From Oikopleura dioica (lineage: Eukaryota > Animalia > Chordata): 64,000 nt of DNA. The notes beneath the pieces are model-generated. The model made no database searches. It was not told where the DNA came from and saw only the letters and a program-made list of their open reading frames with translations. The DNA is taken from contig OU015568.1 of the NCBI GenBank assembly GCA_907165135.1, positions 1,178,001 through 1,242,000 of the forward strand, in the 5' to 3' direction. The position numbers and the translations under genes were made by a program. Positions 61,137 to 64,000 of the stretch are shown here, one piece after another. Position 1 is the stretch's first letter, and every line of letters begins with the position of its first letter.

Positions 61137-62617
61137 ATGGTCCGTTCAATTTTCTTGATAATTTTCACTGTTGCGGAATTACAGTTAGTAGAGATAGAAA
61201 AGACGCCTTTTCGGACTGTTGAGACTTCGTATCGTCATGTTGAACTGTATCTTCCTGTTGATTTCTTGAGCGAGATTCATGATCGTCGAACAGCACGGGA
61301 ATCCTGCATTGCAAAAGGAATGGTTTTGCCAGATCCACTGGATTTGAATGAATCGATCGCTTTTTTCAAAGATCAAAATGAAGAAAGTTATACGTTTCAC
61401 TTTTACACAGGTTGATTCTTATCCTCAGTTGATATTTACAAATTTTCAGACATTGTTAGAACGGTATCTAGTTTGTGGATCAGTGAGTCCACTAACCGTC
61501 TTGCGAATACATCTTGGGACCCCGAAAATATCTTTGAAGGGTTTGAAAATGACGTTCAAGAGCATACACGACCATTGTAAGATATCGTAATAATAAAAAT
61601 CATGAGCAGTTGTTTTTCAAGGCAAGACTTTGGACTATGCTTGCTCCGCGAATACACCTCGACAGCAGATGCTCTTCACTACCAGATTTGCGACAATCGA
61701 ACAGTGGCTTCATTTCTTTGTGAAAACGATGATTTGGACTTTGCAATCAAGACCTTTTTGAACAAGACTTTTCTTGACGAAAATTTGAATTCGATGACCG
61801 AAGAGGTTGAAGTAAAGCAATTTTGGAAGGAAGTTATTTCGAGGCCAGACAGCTTGCCTGCTGGTTGGGGCAAAATATGGAATCGAAGTCCTCGAAAAAT
61901 ACTGTAAGAGAAAAATTTTTTTTTCAGTTTCTAGAGCAAAAAATTAAGGGATGCGGCATCGCAATGCGAGAAAGAGGGATCAAGACTCTTTCACCCAGCA
62001 CGAATGAATGATAAGAATTTTAAACAGAATTATTTGCCGCATTTTACAATCGATATTCTCTGGCTTGATGGATATCAAATAGATGATCAGTTAATGCACT
62101 TTCAGACTAATGTTTGAAGTTATTTTTTTAAGTAAGATTAAATTATCACTAGGAATTTGTACGAGAAAAAGATCTTCAAGCTGTAAGATTTGCACCTAAT
62201 TGGGTATATCACACAGTTTCTTCTGATGGCCCCGAAGATGATCGTATTTATACGAATCCATACAAGGCAAGGATCCTTAAGTTAGTTACTCAGATATCAG
62301 ATCAAGTAGATCCATCTACAGTTCACTTTTTTCCAGAAGGGAGGCTATCTCAAATCGGCACCTGGGTTTTCTAAAGCGCAATTTATGTGCATGAAGGTGC
62401 CATCGAATGCCAAAAATAATTCAACTGATCTCTTTTTCAGGTGATCGAAGAATATCCTGCTATTGAAAAATTTCGAATGATTGAAACAAAAATAGAAAGA
62501 AATGGAAATGATGCTCTAAGTGAATCTGATCGAAATTTTGTGATTGCTATTTCTCTTGTTATCTGTGCATTTTTCTCGATTTCATCATTTATTGGCTTCT
62601 ACGTAAATAGCGAATAA
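61137..62617 (+). CDS. Type I membrane protein with divergent C-type-lectin-like domains
   Basis: Signal MVRSIFLIIFTVA; ARESCIAKGMVLP; C..C..FLCE; second repeat ..QFMC; TM FVIAISLVICAFFSISSFIGFYV just before stop. Confidence 0.6.
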
Positions 62618-62692
62618 AAAACAATTGAGGAAGAAAATTTATTTGAATAGGATAATATGAAAAGTGTCAAGTCTGAACAGTCATTCAGTTAT

Positions 62693-63843
62693 TTATAAGC
62701 TAACATCGTCTCGTTCCTTCGCAGGTGCAGATTCGTACGGCCAGTGCGCAGCAATAGCGAATTGGTATGTCAACGCTCCAATAAATCCTCCGATCAAGGG
62801 ACCAAACAATGGCACCGTAAAGAATCCGTCCCAAAGGGTCGCGTCGCCGGAATAGAAGATGGTTGCGAAGAGTCTGGGGCCGAAATCACGTGCTGGATTG
62901 ATCGCGCCACTGAAAATTAAAAGATTTGTTGAACAATAAGCGAAGAAACAAGTTTCGTATTTTCTTAGATAAAATCACTTACCCGCCATTAGCACCGTAA
63001 GCAAGGCCAGAAACAGCAGCAGCCATGCCGATCAAAAATGGAGCAAGCCCTCCTGGGTTCACATTTTGACCGTCGATCACCATGAAAATGACTGTGATCA
63101 GGATCCAAGTTCCGATGATTTGATCGATGAAGAGGGTTCCCTAAAATTGGAATGAAAGAAGAGAATAATCATTTTTTCTTACCATGCCAGGGTTGAAGTC
63201 GCCAGAAGGTCCAGTTACGTACAGTCGAGCCAAATCAGTAGCTTATGAAATAAACTTACATGTTTCTCCCTTTTAATAGGTACCTGTATAATTCATTTTG
63301 TCAACCAGATGAGCTTCAAGATCAGCATAGGCGGCAGAAACGAGGAAACAACTGGTAAACGCGCCGAGTATTTGGGAAAGAGAGTAAACAAAGAACATCT
63401 TTAAATTTTCCCCGAATGTGTTTCCTGAAGAAGTTGCTTAAATATGATTTGTTAACAAAAATACCGAGTTTTCCAAGGGTGAACATCGCCATCGTAACAG
63501 CTGGATTAATGTGCCCCCCTGAAACTCCGGCCGACGCATAGACTCCAAACGCTACTGCGAATCCAAATGCTAAGCAAACTCCAAGCGTTCCTATAAAAAT
63601 CATCAGTCAACTTATCTACCTTAAATTCTCAGTGTCGAATCAAGTTGGAATGCTAGAAAATTAACCTGTCGCTGCGATTTGAGCTTCATGAACGGCTCCT
63701 AATCCGATGAGGCATAAAATGAAAGTACCGAAGAATTCAGCAAGCGCAACTCGCAAGTAGATATTCTCCGTCCCGAAGAATCTCTTCAACCTGTTCTCTG
63801 AATATTTTTCTAGTTCGAGCACTTTTTCAATATTCTTACCCAT
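62693..63843 (-). CDS. Aquaglyceroporin (AQP3/7/9/10 group)
   Basis: LAEFFGTFIL; SGGHINPAVT; GAINPARDFGPRLF (Asp after second NPA marks glyceroporins). Confidence 0.95.
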
Positions 63844-64000
63844 TCTGAGCCGGTAAAGATAAAGCGCTAATACTCTCTGAGCTTCAAACTGTCAGGACAC
63901 AAATCGGTGCCACTTTCGGCGCTCAATATATACTATTTTTACGACGGTTTGAAATTTGCGAAATGCGTGGAGAGAATCCTCTCACATTCTTTCTTTCAAA

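Overview
Eukaryotic, AT-rich, very gene-dense DNA with many tiny (about 40-70 nt) introns, some with non-GT donors. The architecture and gene set point to a larvacean tunicate (Oikopleura-like); this is an inference. Genes, left to right: the 3' end of an unknown CDS; a Sushi+ZP membrane protein; two unknown type II membrane proteins; a tiny secreted peptide precursor; a USP5/13-like deubiquitinase lacking its catalytic Cys; a secreted Cys-rich/Thr-mucin protein; an ANKRD60-like Ubl-ankyrin protein with a long repetitive tail; a carbohydrate sulfotransferase; two tandem EGF+ZP genes; an S100-like gene; an intronless FGF; a cytochrome P450; a catalytically altered PLA2-like gene; CIMIP1/C20orf85; an unknown acidic protein; a C-type-lectin-like membrane protein; and an aquaglyceroporin. 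The most striking object is a 10.86-kb DNA transposon (48606-59465) with ~500-bp TIRs. It encodes a Sola2-like DDE transposase plus Ulp1-protease and SGNH-hydrolase cargo, and it sits in the middle of a host coding exon so that its end and target site form an exact GT-AG intron (48607-59470) that restores the host frame. A second, unrelated 262-bp Merlin-like MITE (9021-9282) does the same as a GA-AG intron. Several further MITE families are present (TTAA/GG-ended, hAT-like with a GAGCT satellite). All gene models were spliced by eye and none has transcript support.
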